Origin: Tubulanus polymorphus
Taxonomy: Eukaryota > Animalia > Nemertea
DNA: 64,000 bases
Assembly: GCF_964204645.1 (NCBI RefSeq)
Contig: NC_134035.1
Span: forward strand, 11,378,451 to 11,442,450
Reading direction: 5' to 3'
Shown here: one piece after another, positions 1 through 11,431 of the stretch
Layout: each line of letters opens with the position of its first letter
Position numbering within the stretch: position 1 is the first letter of the stretch
Made by a program: the position numbers and the translations under genes
The notes under the pieces: model-generated
What the model was told of the DNA's origin: nothing
Databases searched by the model: none
The model's input: the letters and a program-made list of their open reading frames with translations, nothing else

Positions 1-89
1 TGTAACTGAAAAACGTATAGTGTTAATCGCTAGATATCGGTTTAATAAATCCATCGTGATTTTATCGGATCAAAGCGAGGAATTATTTA

Positions 90-3000
90 CATCCCAACCG
101 CCATATCGACGCCATTGCCGAAGCTGAAGTTCACTTTGCCGGACGTTCGTTTTTTGTGATCTTTAGAGCGCACCCTGGTGAGTAATTCTTCGAATTGTTC
201 GGCCGGATCGGGTAACGCGGTGATTTCATCGTCGTTGGAAAATAAACAATCCTAGAAGGGATTTACAAACTTCGAGGGTCTTTCATGTAAATCAAGGCAA
301 ATCAGAGCATGGCATGCAGTTCAGGTATAGTCTAATCAAAAGATTTTAATTGCTAACATCTCAAAATTGAAGGAGTTTTAAAGGAGTTTCTGACATTTTA
401 CTAAAATTAAAGGAGTTTCAAGCAACCTTAAAAGCATCTTTCCATTTAGAAGGAGTTTTTAAGGAATTAAGGAGTCGTAGGGACCCTGTAAGATGATCAG
501 GGGATTTACAAAGGATCTTTGAGGGTGCGCCATGTAAATCAAGCCAATACTGCGCATGGCTACGAAATTTCTACAGGCATGAGGCGAGCAACAGATACAG
601 ATAAAGGAACTGATATTAGAGGGAATCCTTTGACGTAAGAGGGAACATTTTCTGCTGCGCTCCAAGTTTGACTGTCATTATTTTCGTCTGTTTTTGATTC
701 TAACCTTGTAAAACGCAGTGACGTCGAACGTTTGTCCCGGTTTTTGCATGTGCATCAGATCGAGTTGAATTCCGGTCTCGTAGAGATCTTTAGCTTTTCG
801 GATTGCTTGGTTTCGTAGCGAATTATTCTCGGAATGCGGATTATCGTTGTTCGTGAACAACATCACTCGTTTATATCCGAGCTTGTGCGAACTGGAAAAT
901 AGAATATCGTACATCAGTGGTGTAACACCACCAAATACAGGACACTCAGACCCATGATGCCAAATAATCTTTTTTACAGAAATTCGTCTGAATACTGAGC
1001 TGAGAAAAAATTTAAAGTCTATCCAACTACAGGTCCGAGGACACGAACCATGCACCTAAATACAATATTTGAAAATCTGGCAATTTCAAAACAGTCAACC
1101 TAGCTAATGATCTCAGAGCTGCGACGATCATTTCGTCGACAACTTGAACTTGTTGGCAAATTGAACTGGAGACCGATTACGTAATGTGACAACTAATTGG
1201 AGTTCGACTGTCTTTCAGCTTTTGATGAAGCATAAGATATCATGATACCTGTAAGGGGCCATTCAATAAATACATGACGTGTGCATAAGTATCCACGCGG
1301 AGGGGGACAGGTAGTTGTCTGAAAATCAGCTGATAAGATCTCTTCTCTTCTCAGAATGTACCTTTTGAACTAACTAAATTTTGAACTATACAAAAAAATT
1401 GATTACCAGTTAGAGAACAAATTCGAACAAGTCCATAAAGCGTCGCTCAATGAAAATCCAGCGTTATGACCGTACTCTTTCTTGAAATCTTCAGGTTGAT
1501 CTATGAAATATAACGGTTACGCATTAAAGATTGATAATCTTTTTGTGTCACCTAAAGATTTAGTTTTCAATCTATTAATAGGTGGGTTTTAGAATAGCGA
1601 ATACAATAGCAGAGGTCAGATTGATGAATTATCGAATTATCGATTACTGGAATCATCGAGTGCAGCTGTTCTAGTAAAATGTGAATTCTATTTGACTCAC
1701 AGCTCATAATTTCCTCGAGTTGAAGAACTCTTTCAGCGCTGGGTTGATTAAGGTCCTAAGAAAACAATAGATAGCGATTCTTAGATATACAGTGAAATTG
1801 CGTAAGTCATTTTATTCGGGACGATCAGCGTGTCAATAACTTTCACTATGTAAATTGAATTTCTATTACAAATTAGGACTCAAAAGAGATGACTTCAGCA
1901 ATGTGACTTACAATGACCACTTACCGGTAACTGAATTTGACTGTAATATTGTACACTACAAATTCGTTATGATATTTACCTGCAGAATGTAAATGTGCTT
2001 GAAATCTGATGAGTTTTTCAAATTTTCCTGAAAAAATGTGGAGAGGTAAAAATATGTAATCATTTGATTTGCGTCCTATTTATCGACCGCATCGGACCGC
2101 GAAGCCGAATGAAACATTTTCTCGGCGATGGATTCTAGATCTCTTAGATGTGTACTTACAGTGCCGAAGAAAACGATTCCCATCAAGTCTCTATCGCTGC
2201 TGATTATCTTATTTTGCATCATGTTCTTGGCGCACTGAAGTGAAGCAAAATGTTTTGCACTTATTGTTATGACGAACTATAGAAACAGAGCTTCAGAAAA
2301 GTTACTGAGCTCTTTTTTCGAATTCCCCTGATCTTCAAGAAAAGTCAGAATGCCCCAATTTTTCAAGCTTTTACAATTTTCCAAGCTCAAGGAGTTTCAA
2401 GCACCTTCAAAAGAATTGTCAGTTTAGGAGTTTTTAAGGAATCAACTAGTCATAGGGACCCTGGAAAAATACCTTGATACAAAGATCGAATGGACTTTCA
2501 TCGTCGTCATCACAAACAAACATCGATGTTGTACAATCTATTAACATGATTAAACCATCGCGCGCCACCGTTTGCCACTGAAAATAGAAATCACCCGATC
2601 ACTCGTTATAACCGATATACCGTTCTATCACTGGGATGAAATTCTAAGTTTTATACCACCGTTGTTTCCTCACAGGCCTAATTCAATAACGCTACTTTAT
2701 AATGGGTGAGTTAATTGCATAGATTTTATAGCATTTTCATATTCAATCGATGTACAAAACCCACGTATTTTGACGTTTATTCAACTCAAATACTATAAAC
2801 CTCCTGAAATGGCTCATAGCATTTGAATCGAAACGTTAAAATCATCTAACATCTTTTCTTTGATTGGGCATAGTTAGTTGCCTAATTGTTGCCTAGTGAC
2901 GAGAAAAGCATCTATAGTGAGTAGTTTAATTGGATATGGGTAGTTTGCAAAAGTATCCAATAATCGTGATATGTTTAGGTCATAGAAAAGAGTTAACCCA

Positions 3001-3142
3001 ACATCAAACATGGATAAATAAGAGCTAAATGAAATAAATTTCAACATCCAGATCATCAACGAACCCTTGAGCTGTAGTCTTGTTCATCATCTACATCATC
3101 ATCACCGCCATCAAATTGGTTACCCCACGTTAAATCTGACAT
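90..3142 (-). CDS. XRCC6: Ku70 (X-ray repair cross-complementing protein 6), 5' part; continues beyond the window start
   Basis: Exons 3142-3065, 2577-2473, 2234-2160, 2027-1980, 1755-1701, 1500-1407, 891-705 and 251-~90 splice in frame with GT-AG sites. They give MSDLTW...ARDGLIMLIDCTTSMF...SPFDLCIK CAKNMMQNKIISSDRDLMGIVFFGT...SLSDALWTCSNLFS...YKRVMLFTNNDNP, matching the Ku70 vWA domain. Confidence 0.95.
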
Positions 3143-4044
3143 TTTTGTCAACTGCGACAGGTACAAACGTAGGGCCTCTACTAGCCTAGGGGCTGCTGGG
3201 TGGGACTGGGACTCGGGAGGAGAGAAGACGTCGGTCGGTGGTTGTGTCACTACTTGAAACCTGAATCCCAACCAACGATATTTTTATTGTCGGTGGAAAT
3301 CTATGTTCTGTTTTAATATTTATGTTGTAAACTGAGTTAGAATAGGCCTTAATTTTGTGGAACGTTTCAATTTGAGTCGGTTTGTTAAGCGCCGGGAAAA
3401 TCTACTTTCGGGGACGACCAACTACTACGGACGGCTGTGCACAGAACGTGCTGCCACCTAGTAGTATTATTTATCGCCAGTAACCGAATAAATACTGTCA
3501 CGCGCCGGTGAACAGCGGCCGCAAAATCTCCCTGGAAAATCTTACTACGAAATAACACGTAGAGACTCCGCTTTTCTCAAATGACCATAAGCACTAAAGG
3601 AAAACTGTCAATCTGTTAGAATTTTGAATTCTGCACACCTTGTCAGTGTCCTCTCTGCCATGGCCCCCTTCCTTCTACTTTCACCAAGAATCTTGGTGTC
3701 TGATGTACCACACTTGGTTACATTAGGATCATAGAGTGATGGAGATCTGTGGAGACAACCGCACTGCCATGACTGGGTGAACTTCTAATTCTACTGCCCA
3801 CAACTCCAAAACCACATCCAAGGATGATCAGGATGGAGCATCAACCAGTCGCGACGTACACCTTTCTGTTATTCATGGAAAGGCCATTTTCAGCGAAACA
3901 CGCCTCAATTTTCCTACGAACACCACGTCCACTTGAAAGTGTCTAGAACATCTAAGTTATTGTCCACAAAAAACTAGTGGTAACCCGCAAGATCGTTGGT
4001 ATTCAGTCCGTTCAAGGAGAGTAATCTGTAACACATCTCATCCA

Positions 4045-4153
4045 GGGCCCAGTTTCACAAAAAGGTTTAACTCTTAAATCGATTTAATTTCTTCATTAAT
4101 TCAGTTTATCTAAAATCGATTTAGGCCTTAATCATTTTTGTGAAACTAGGCCC
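4045..4153. mobile_element. ~110-bp palindromic MITE (PIF/Harbinger-like)
   Basis: TIR ggcccagtttcacaaaaa / tttttgtgaaactaggcc with a CAG-type 3-bp flank. Related elements at 6711-6818, 52171-52280 and 53064-53180. Confidence 0.7.
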
Positions 4154-4369
4154 AGGGTTTTGTTTATAGGATAGGCCCATAACAACATAGTTTTGAAAAA
4201 CAACCACTCCAAACACTCAAACAACAATTTCAACAAAACAAATAAATTTCTCGAGACCTTTAATTTATAAAACTAAATCTAACACATCATAAAGTTCACA
4301 TCATGTAAAACAATATATGAATGTAAAAGTAGCATCACGTTAAATATAGTTATATCACGTTCTAGTGTT

Positions 4370-4616
4370 GGGGGTGGATCTAGGAAAATTGGAAGGTTGG
4401 GACTAAGAAAAGACAGTTCTCAGCCATGTTAAAGGCCACTCACTCGCAGGATCCTCTGTATTCAAATATATTTAAAGAAATACTTCGTTAAAGATGTTAA
4501 TTCGGAGAGGATGAATGTCAAATTTTCAGGTTTTAACGATCTCTGTCCCGACAAAAAGGGCGACTTCAGCGGGAAGGCAGAGGTACCCTGTGGCCACACC
4601 CTAAATCCGCCCATGC
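4370..4616. mobile_element. Degenerate MITE of the GGGGTGGATCTAGG family
   Basis: Begins gggggtggatctagga and ends cctaaatccgcccatg. Related ends at ~6146, ~6448, ~55830 and 58307-58629. Confidence 0.55.
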
Positions 4617-4915
4617 TAGGACACTAATTCCAACTATAATATGTCAACATTCAACACCACCAGGAGCATCTATATAAAATCTCGAAAATCACCACAATTA
4701 TAGATTATCACGAGCTACAAATTTGCAAGCGAGCTGAAAAACCAGAAGCAAACAGAAAGTAGATTGTGGCGGGTGAGTAAAAATAGATTCCACTCGCTGA
4801 TAAAAAGTGAATTCGTTGGATATGCAATAGTCTCTCAAATAGAAGATCCAGGCCGAGTGGACTTAATAGCACATTGTGATCAGAGTCGGGACTTAGTCGA
4901 AAACGGAGGTAGTTG

Positions 4916-7900
4916 CTATAACTTGGCGCCGTTCTCTGATTTAATACTGTTGATAACGTGCATCATGTTGTTGACTATACGTTCAGTGTGTAGTTTGTGC
5001 ACGTAATGAGATCCGGTCTCAAACATCAATCCGCGTTTAAATGCTCCGTCGACGATTGGATCTGAAAATGCAATGATTAAGAAATTAGGACGCTACGTTC
5101 AATCCACGGCAATCGAGGTTTCAGGGTTGTAAGCAGCGAGTATCCACCAACCAGGTTTGCTAGTGCGCATTAGGGATCATCCATTTATTACGCACGCATA
5201 AAATTTGAATTTTTCACCCCTCTGTACGCAAAATCTGCCATTTTTTCATATACATTACAAGCATTACATTACGCAATCGCACTGTCCCCCTCCCCCTCCC
5301 CTAATGCGTATGAAATAAATGAATGACCCCTTAAGACAACAAATGATCCAAGATTTCTTCTCGGATTAAAACCTTGTTTAGAATTTCATTGTTGTCAGCT
5401 ATAAACGGTTTCGTGTAATCAAAAATGCTTAAGACTTTTTTTACCTAGAGACCCGTGCTCACCACAATTCAACCATGTTCGCAGGCAAAGGGTGAATTGT
5501 CACTTTTGAGTAACTGCCCTCGGTACAAGTTTTTGCTACTAATGTATAGATACTAGTAGCGAAAGCTTGTGCGTCTAATAAACTAGTAAACCAATAAAGT
5601 ACTATCCATTATGTAGTATATATTCTACATGAGATCCTCCAATGACCTCCGTATATTAACTCAACTTACCGATGAATTCCATTTCCGGCACTACAGGAGC
5701 ACCGTCTTTATCGTAAGCTAGTATATGAGATGCGGGAATGCCGAGTATTTGACAGGCTTCGTACGGTATCTGCCACTCGATCAGTTTATCTGCTTGCGAA
5801 AATGCGATTAAAGTCGGAAGATTTCTATTTTTCAGTTTTTCCATCGTCGCTCGACACTGAAACGTGAAACGTCGTATTTCATTTCATAAAATCTGACTTC
5901 ACATCATAGGCTATAAGAAATCTTACCTTAGGAAAGTTGAGCTGGTTTAGAAATCTCAACGATACATAAATTCTATCGATAGTTTGATGATGAAATCCTG
6001 TAAATACAAAGCAACAAAGTAATTAATGGTTAGCTAAATCAGAAACAGCAGGCATAGTTAATGACTATTTCTATACAGTAGACTTTGCTTAGGCCCCAAG
6101 TCGATTGCCTTGGATCATCTCGTACTTCTTGGACAACATATTACCAGGGGTGGATCTAGGATTTTCAAAATGGGGGTGCTCTATCGGTCAACTACCAGTA
6201 AATTTTGAAAGATTATCCTAATTTTCCTGCATTCTGGGGGGTTCTACCTGGGAATACAAATCTTCTAAATCCGCGAAATCCGAGGCAAACCGAGTCTACC
6301 GTACGTAGATACCTACCTGCGTTCATGTACGCCCAAAGTATAAAACGCTCAATCACGGGTCCAAATCTCGTATTCATAACCCACAGTGCTATAGGCATCA
6401 ATCTGTGCAGTCTAAGTGCTCTGTAATAGCAGATGAAAGACATGATTAGGGGCAGATCTATGAAATTTGGAAGGGGGCAGGGGTCCAGGAAGAAAAGCCA
6501 TTTTTCAGATAAAGCAGCCAAGACATAGGCGACCGGAGTCCCTCCCTTGGTATTGAGATATTTCTAAAGAAATGATACAATAAAATATGCTTTTTCCGAA
6601 AGGATGAGTTTCAAGGGAACATAGCTTGTTGAATACACAGACAATCACAATTGACTCAAGAGTTTACAAATTGAAAATGAATCCAATAAGCTGGGTCGTA
6701 TTAGACCCAAGGACCCAGTTCTACAGTTATGAGTTAAGAGTTAACTCTGAGTTAAAGTTAGTTCGTTTTCACTGAGTTAACTCAGTCAAATCTTAACTGA
6801 GAACTGTGGAACTGGACCAAGAACTTTAGTGGTCTGAGCCATGAAGAGGTGCTTTGTTTCACTAGCCTAGATGAAAGAAAATAAATGCATAGCTTAGAAA
6901 ATTAGCTCCCACTTCAACAGCAATAGAAATTGAGTTATCCGCTAACAAATCATGAAACATGGGACTTATACTCAGTGAACAAATGCTATCATCTTGTAAG
7001 CCTGGCTCGGGGATCGAATGTTTCATGGAAGAAACTGATTGATAAGGATTACCTGTGAACACGATGACCGACTGGACATAGATGTGTTACTGATTTGATT
7101 CTCTTATCGCGGTTTGCAGTACTATAACCAACCCAAGATCCAGCGCTGTGACACAACAGCATATCAACTCTGAATTTCATAAGAAAAGCAGAGCTTCATC
7201 AATGTCTTAGCAAGGCTTTGTAAACAGGTTACTGACACTCTATAGACATTCTGTTAAACGTATTAGAGATTATATGTTTAACTGCTAGATTTGATGTTTG
7301 TTTGGTTTTTTTATCAGAAAACTGACAAATAACTCAACCAACCACTAGCCTTCATCAATGAATATTCTTACAGGGTCTGAGTATATTTTTTCATTAGGAC
7401 AAGCATATTTTCATTAGGGCAAGTAGGTTATCATTATCACTTGTCCACCGGGTTAGTGTCCCACTCGATACAATGGGATGATTGTGCCACCAATCGCACT
7501 GCCTGAGTAGGGCTTCACCAAGAACCTTAATTGTCTGATGGGTACGCTAGGATCGTAGAGCAATGTAAATCACTGTAGAGACAGCCACACTGCCAGGACT
7601 GGCTGAAGTGTAGGGCAAGTTGATTGTTGAGGGGTGCAAATGAAATTTCAGATATGTATGTAGTCATAAGATAAAAACCCACTCTGTACAAATTAAACAA
7701 ATTAAAATCGAGAATTTATTTATTCACACAATCTAAAATATGAAATACACAACGTTTCGATTATAAAATTCTTCTAATTTGTACATAGCGGGTTTTTATC
7801 TTATAATCCGTTCACCACGTTTGAGTGTGGTTGTTGTACTACTATGTAGACTGTATCTGATGTTAGAAAGTTTGACCCCTACTTGTCGATATTCAACTTG

Positions 7901-8862
7901 TCGAGGAACGCAGAAAGAAGGTTTGAACGTTCAACTGGGCCGTGATATATCGTTTCTTCCGGGGAAACTTGAGTAGACAATCCATAACCTATAAAGAGAA
8001 GTGGTTACTAAAGGTATGGGATCATTCATTTATTACATATGCATGAAATCTGACTTTTTCAACCCCCCCTGTACGCAAAATCGACCATTTTTTCATATAC
8101 ATTAAGCATAACAGTACGCAATTGCACTGACCCCTACCCCCTCCCCTACATCCTCGCTTGCCAGGGGTGCGGTATCACTCCCGAACTCGCTTCCACCAAC
8201 GGGGAACAGCTTAAGCGTAGTGGGTTCCAATCCCTTGACGGGTGAAGATGCCTCCCCTAATGCGTACGTAATAAATGAATGATCCCTATGCTGTTTGTCA
8301 AGGTTTAATCGGGCTAATCAGGCAACGGTTCGCGCTAAGGCCGATTCTCGCGATGCCACCAGGTTCGAATCGCTACGTAATGTTTATTACCTGGAAAATT
8401 AGGCAACACAAGACGACATCCAGCTTTCACAAGCGCCGGAACTACGTATTTAAAATCACCGGCCGCTCCGAGATCACCGTGAACTCCGACAATTATCGGA
8501 GCCTCGGGCCGCTCCTTATCGTCGGTCGTTCCGTGATCATCGTTTACCGCGACGTGATCTTCGTAAACTACGTCAAACGTTGCTCCGCCGTATTCAACCA
8601 ACATTGATGATTTAGCGGAGTTTTTTTCTGTATCCGTTGACATCGTCGGTCGACGATCGTTAGAATCGGGAATATCCACTCGAGAATCTACAGCTCTTGC
8701 CATAGAACTCGTAAACCTATAGCTACTCCATCTAGGAATGTGTAAGTTCAAAACCTGGCGATGATTTCTTCGTTTGATAAGCGGTGGTCCGATGAGAAGA
8801 AATTTGCTTCTAATAAATGCGCTAGGATTTTTGACAGTTCCCAGTAGTATTTTCAAAGCCAT
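4916..8862 (-). CDS. Alpha/beta-hydrolase (DUF1057-like) with C-terminal PTS1-like -AKL
   Basis: Seven exons (8862-~8391, ~7987-7882, 7169-7053, 6420-~6317, 5997-5927, 5856-~5670, 5061-4916) splice in frame. Motifs: VGVHGDLG (oxyanion hole), LPNFPGYG, CHSAG (nucleophile elbow), ADKLI (acid residue), GSHYVH (His). Ends ...SENGAKL*. Confidence 0.85.
5173..5330. mobile_element. Harbinger-like MITE (uninterrupted copy)
   Basis: TIR gggatcatccatttatt / aataaatgaatgacccc with TTA on both sides. Homologous to 8018-8286. Confidence 0.8.
6711..6818. mobile_element. ~108-bp palindromic MITE
   Basis: ggacccagttctacagtt ... aactgtggaactggacc. Inverted homologue at 52171-52280. Confidence 0.7.
7667..7803. 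repeat. Short inverted-repeat element (possible Penelope-like terminal remnant)
   Basis: taagataaaaacccactctgtacaaatt ... aatttgtacatagcgggtttttatctta. Contains cgaaacgtt on the minus strand; its ends resemble those of 9339-9482. Confidence 0.45.
8018..8286. mobile_element. Harbinger-like MITE interrupted by a 102-bp MITE
   Basis: Same sequence as 5173-5330, with TAT on both sides and an insertion at 8149-8250. Confidence 0.8.
8149..8250. mobile_element. 102-bp MITE, 9-bp TSD (Mutator-like), family A
   Basis: catcctcgcttgccagggg...cccttgacgggtgaagatg, flanked by cctccccta on both sides (8140-8148, 8251-8259). Confidence 0.9.
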
Positions 8863-9338
8863 TTAATCAAATATCAATTTTTGTAGGCAATCTTTTACAC
8901 GCAGCCTAGAAACACAGATGAATGATGGTGAATGAGGACCTGCCAAGAATGGAGGGGACTGGTGGTGGTGAGCAGGTTTGAGGAGGAGGAAGGAAGGATA
9001 GTCGGACGAGTCAATTATTGACCAGTCACACTGTCACTGACTGACACAGAGGAGACAGTCATTGAGTCAAGTCAGACTTGTCAAGTAAAAGACAACCAAC
9101 GCGGTCCTTACTGTATGTATGTTAGTTAGATAAGCCTTTTTTAAACGGCTAAATATTCGACTTTTTTGGTCATGATGGGCCAGAAAATTGCACACTGACT
9201 CTGACTGTCAAATTGACCATTTTAGACGCTATTCGACGGTTTTGGATAGGGGCATCTGGACGGCAACAATCACGGTTGACGACTTAGGACTACGGCGCTG
9301 TTGGTTTCCATAGACAAGTGGCTATCCCGTATCAATAC

Positions 9339-9482
9339 GTAGACAAAAACCCACAATTAAAAGAAAAACTCAATTCTATGAGCCATTTTCAAAAAAGCCA
9401 GTTTTTGAAAATGGCTCATAGAATTGAGTTGAAACGTTAAACTACCAGATAGTGTTTCTTTTTATTGTGGGTTTTTGTCTAC
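9339..9482. mobile_element. Inverted-duplicated short element, probable Penelope-like terminal-repeat remnant
   Basis: gtagacaaaaacccacaat...attgtgggtttttgtctac with an internal inverted duplication. Carries a hammerhead-like segment at 9400-9443. Related sequence at ~2752-2870. Confidence 0.5.
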
Positions 9483-10439
9483 TACGGCGCTGCGGTGCGC
9501 AGAGCAGCGGGCCGGGACATTTTCGCCGAAGTAACAATCTCAAGCCCAAGTTTGAAGAATTACCTGAACGAAATTTAACCTGGGGTATCGTTTAGAAAAA
9601 TGCTGTTCTTGTTGAATAGTTCACGCGCTTAACCAAAGCAGGCAAACGACAAACAGGCCCCAAACGAGTGATTATAAGGCAAAGACAAACTAAGGGGTAA
9701 TCCAGACAAAAACAAAAGGCATCAAAGGAATAATCAAGGAGTGAGAAAGCCTTAAAGGCCTCAAAATGCTTATCACCTGACCATTTGAGCCATTGCAGTT
9801 GCTAGTAATCGCAACCGACATAAGCAATTTGAGCAGGAAGCAACTGGGAGGGATCTCATATCCCGCTAGTCGGCCTCAGTTCTGCGAATCAGAGCGCAGT
9901 CGACATAAGCTGGACTGCGATCGCGGTTGCTCTCAGTTTGCGTCGGTAGGAGTCGGTAGGCGTCGCGTTGCTTGTCGACATAAGCCATACGCTCTATTTT
10001 ATACACGGACGATGTTACCGTTTGCATGAAGTTTCATCGAAATCAATCAATCATTTGATGAGTTTGTTATAGTGAAGTATAAGAGGTTTATTCTGATCTC
10101 ATAATACAAGGTTTACAACATACTTGAGCTCACTCATGCCAAAGATATTGTCGATTATTATATATGCGTACATGCAATTAATCATTAACAAGTTTTTCAA
10201 ACGAAAACGAACAATTAATAGATATGATCGGCAGTTTTTCTTTCGCACTCATTTGATGACGGGGTAATTGGAGAAGGGGAAGTTTTGGTAAACACTGTTG
10301 GCCTACCACTACAACAACGAGCGCCTTGGAGAACCTAAAAACCTGACGGTCTGGTGTCCCGGCTTCTGGAGGAGGGATCTTCGAAAATAATGTACCAGCG
10401 TTCGAATAATCTCAATGTAATAGTATTTTTAGAGTCTAT

Positions 10440-10720
10440 TTAACGACAGCGAAGAACCAAATTAAGCTGAAATGTTACGGTACAGTCTGTTTCAGCAAAT
10501 GATAACGAAGAACCACGAATAAGCTTAGAAGAAATGGTACAGTCTATTTCAGCAAATGGCAACGAAGAAAAAATACAAAAAATAAGCCTAACGTATAGTG
10601 TAGTACAATAATCTCAATGTCTAGTCAATTCCGCAAATAACAACGAAGAACCACAAATAATCTTAATGAAGTAATACAGTCTAATTTCATAGTCTAGTTT
10701 CAAATGACAACGAAGAAGAA
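10440..10720. repeat. Degenerate ~55-60-bp tandem repeat
   Basis: About five recurrences of caaat(g)..aacgaagaa(c/a)...tacagtcta. Confidence 0.55.
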
Positions 10721-10913
10721 TACCATGCTCGGCCAAATATAGGGACCGTTGTGATCACCACTTAATCCAGCCCTGATAGAGGATTTCCCCACGCAGCCTA
10801 GCAACGTGATTCGAACATCATGTTTACGACATAAATTTCTATGCAGAGTTTTTATTTTATCAACCGCCCAATCTTTCGGAATGATACTACTAATACGGAA
10901 TAATACTAATCTT

Positions 10914-11381
10914 AACAGTGCCGAAACGCGGAATGACAAAACACGCACTGCAGTTAAAGAGCCATAGGATAAAAACTAGACAAGATATCTTAAAATTTTA
11001 AAGTTCACCTAGAATGGGGGCGTTTATGCGCACAGTTCTTGAAATTTTTGTATTTTCTAGAATATTATTTCTGAAAATAACGAACTTCACAGTTCAGTAC
11101 CCTGGATTTTTATGCGCGCGGCAAAAACTGACCACCGATTTTTATATCGCTCTCATGTCGCATTGTTGCAAATTTGAGAAATGATTTTGTCTTTACATAA
11201 CTGAAAACAAGAGATTCACACGGTTTGAATGTTGCTAAAACTTCATCCCGGGACAGAGGAAATATGATAAAATACGCATCACAGATAGGCCTAATTAAGA
11301 AAACCCAGAAAAAATGACCCAACAATACAGGACTAAAGTACCCTAACAAAATGGCGGCTAGCAACTGTAAAATGGATTATT
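10914..11381. mobile_element. Solo arm of the foldback element family found at 29505-31244
   Basis: Colinear similarity to 30782-31244 (ctgcagttaaagagccatagg...aaaatggcggctagcaactgtaaaatgg). Lies just 3' of the GPCR stop codon. Confidence 0.85.
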
Positions 11382-11431
11382 CAGACTTCCATAGGCGACG
11401 ACATCCATTCCGCCTGGTGAGTAAATTCCAC

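Noticed and set aside
6862-7052. ORF 6862-7062 as a hydrolase exon
   Set aside because: It starts at the donor of the real exon 3 and is intronic read-through in another frame.
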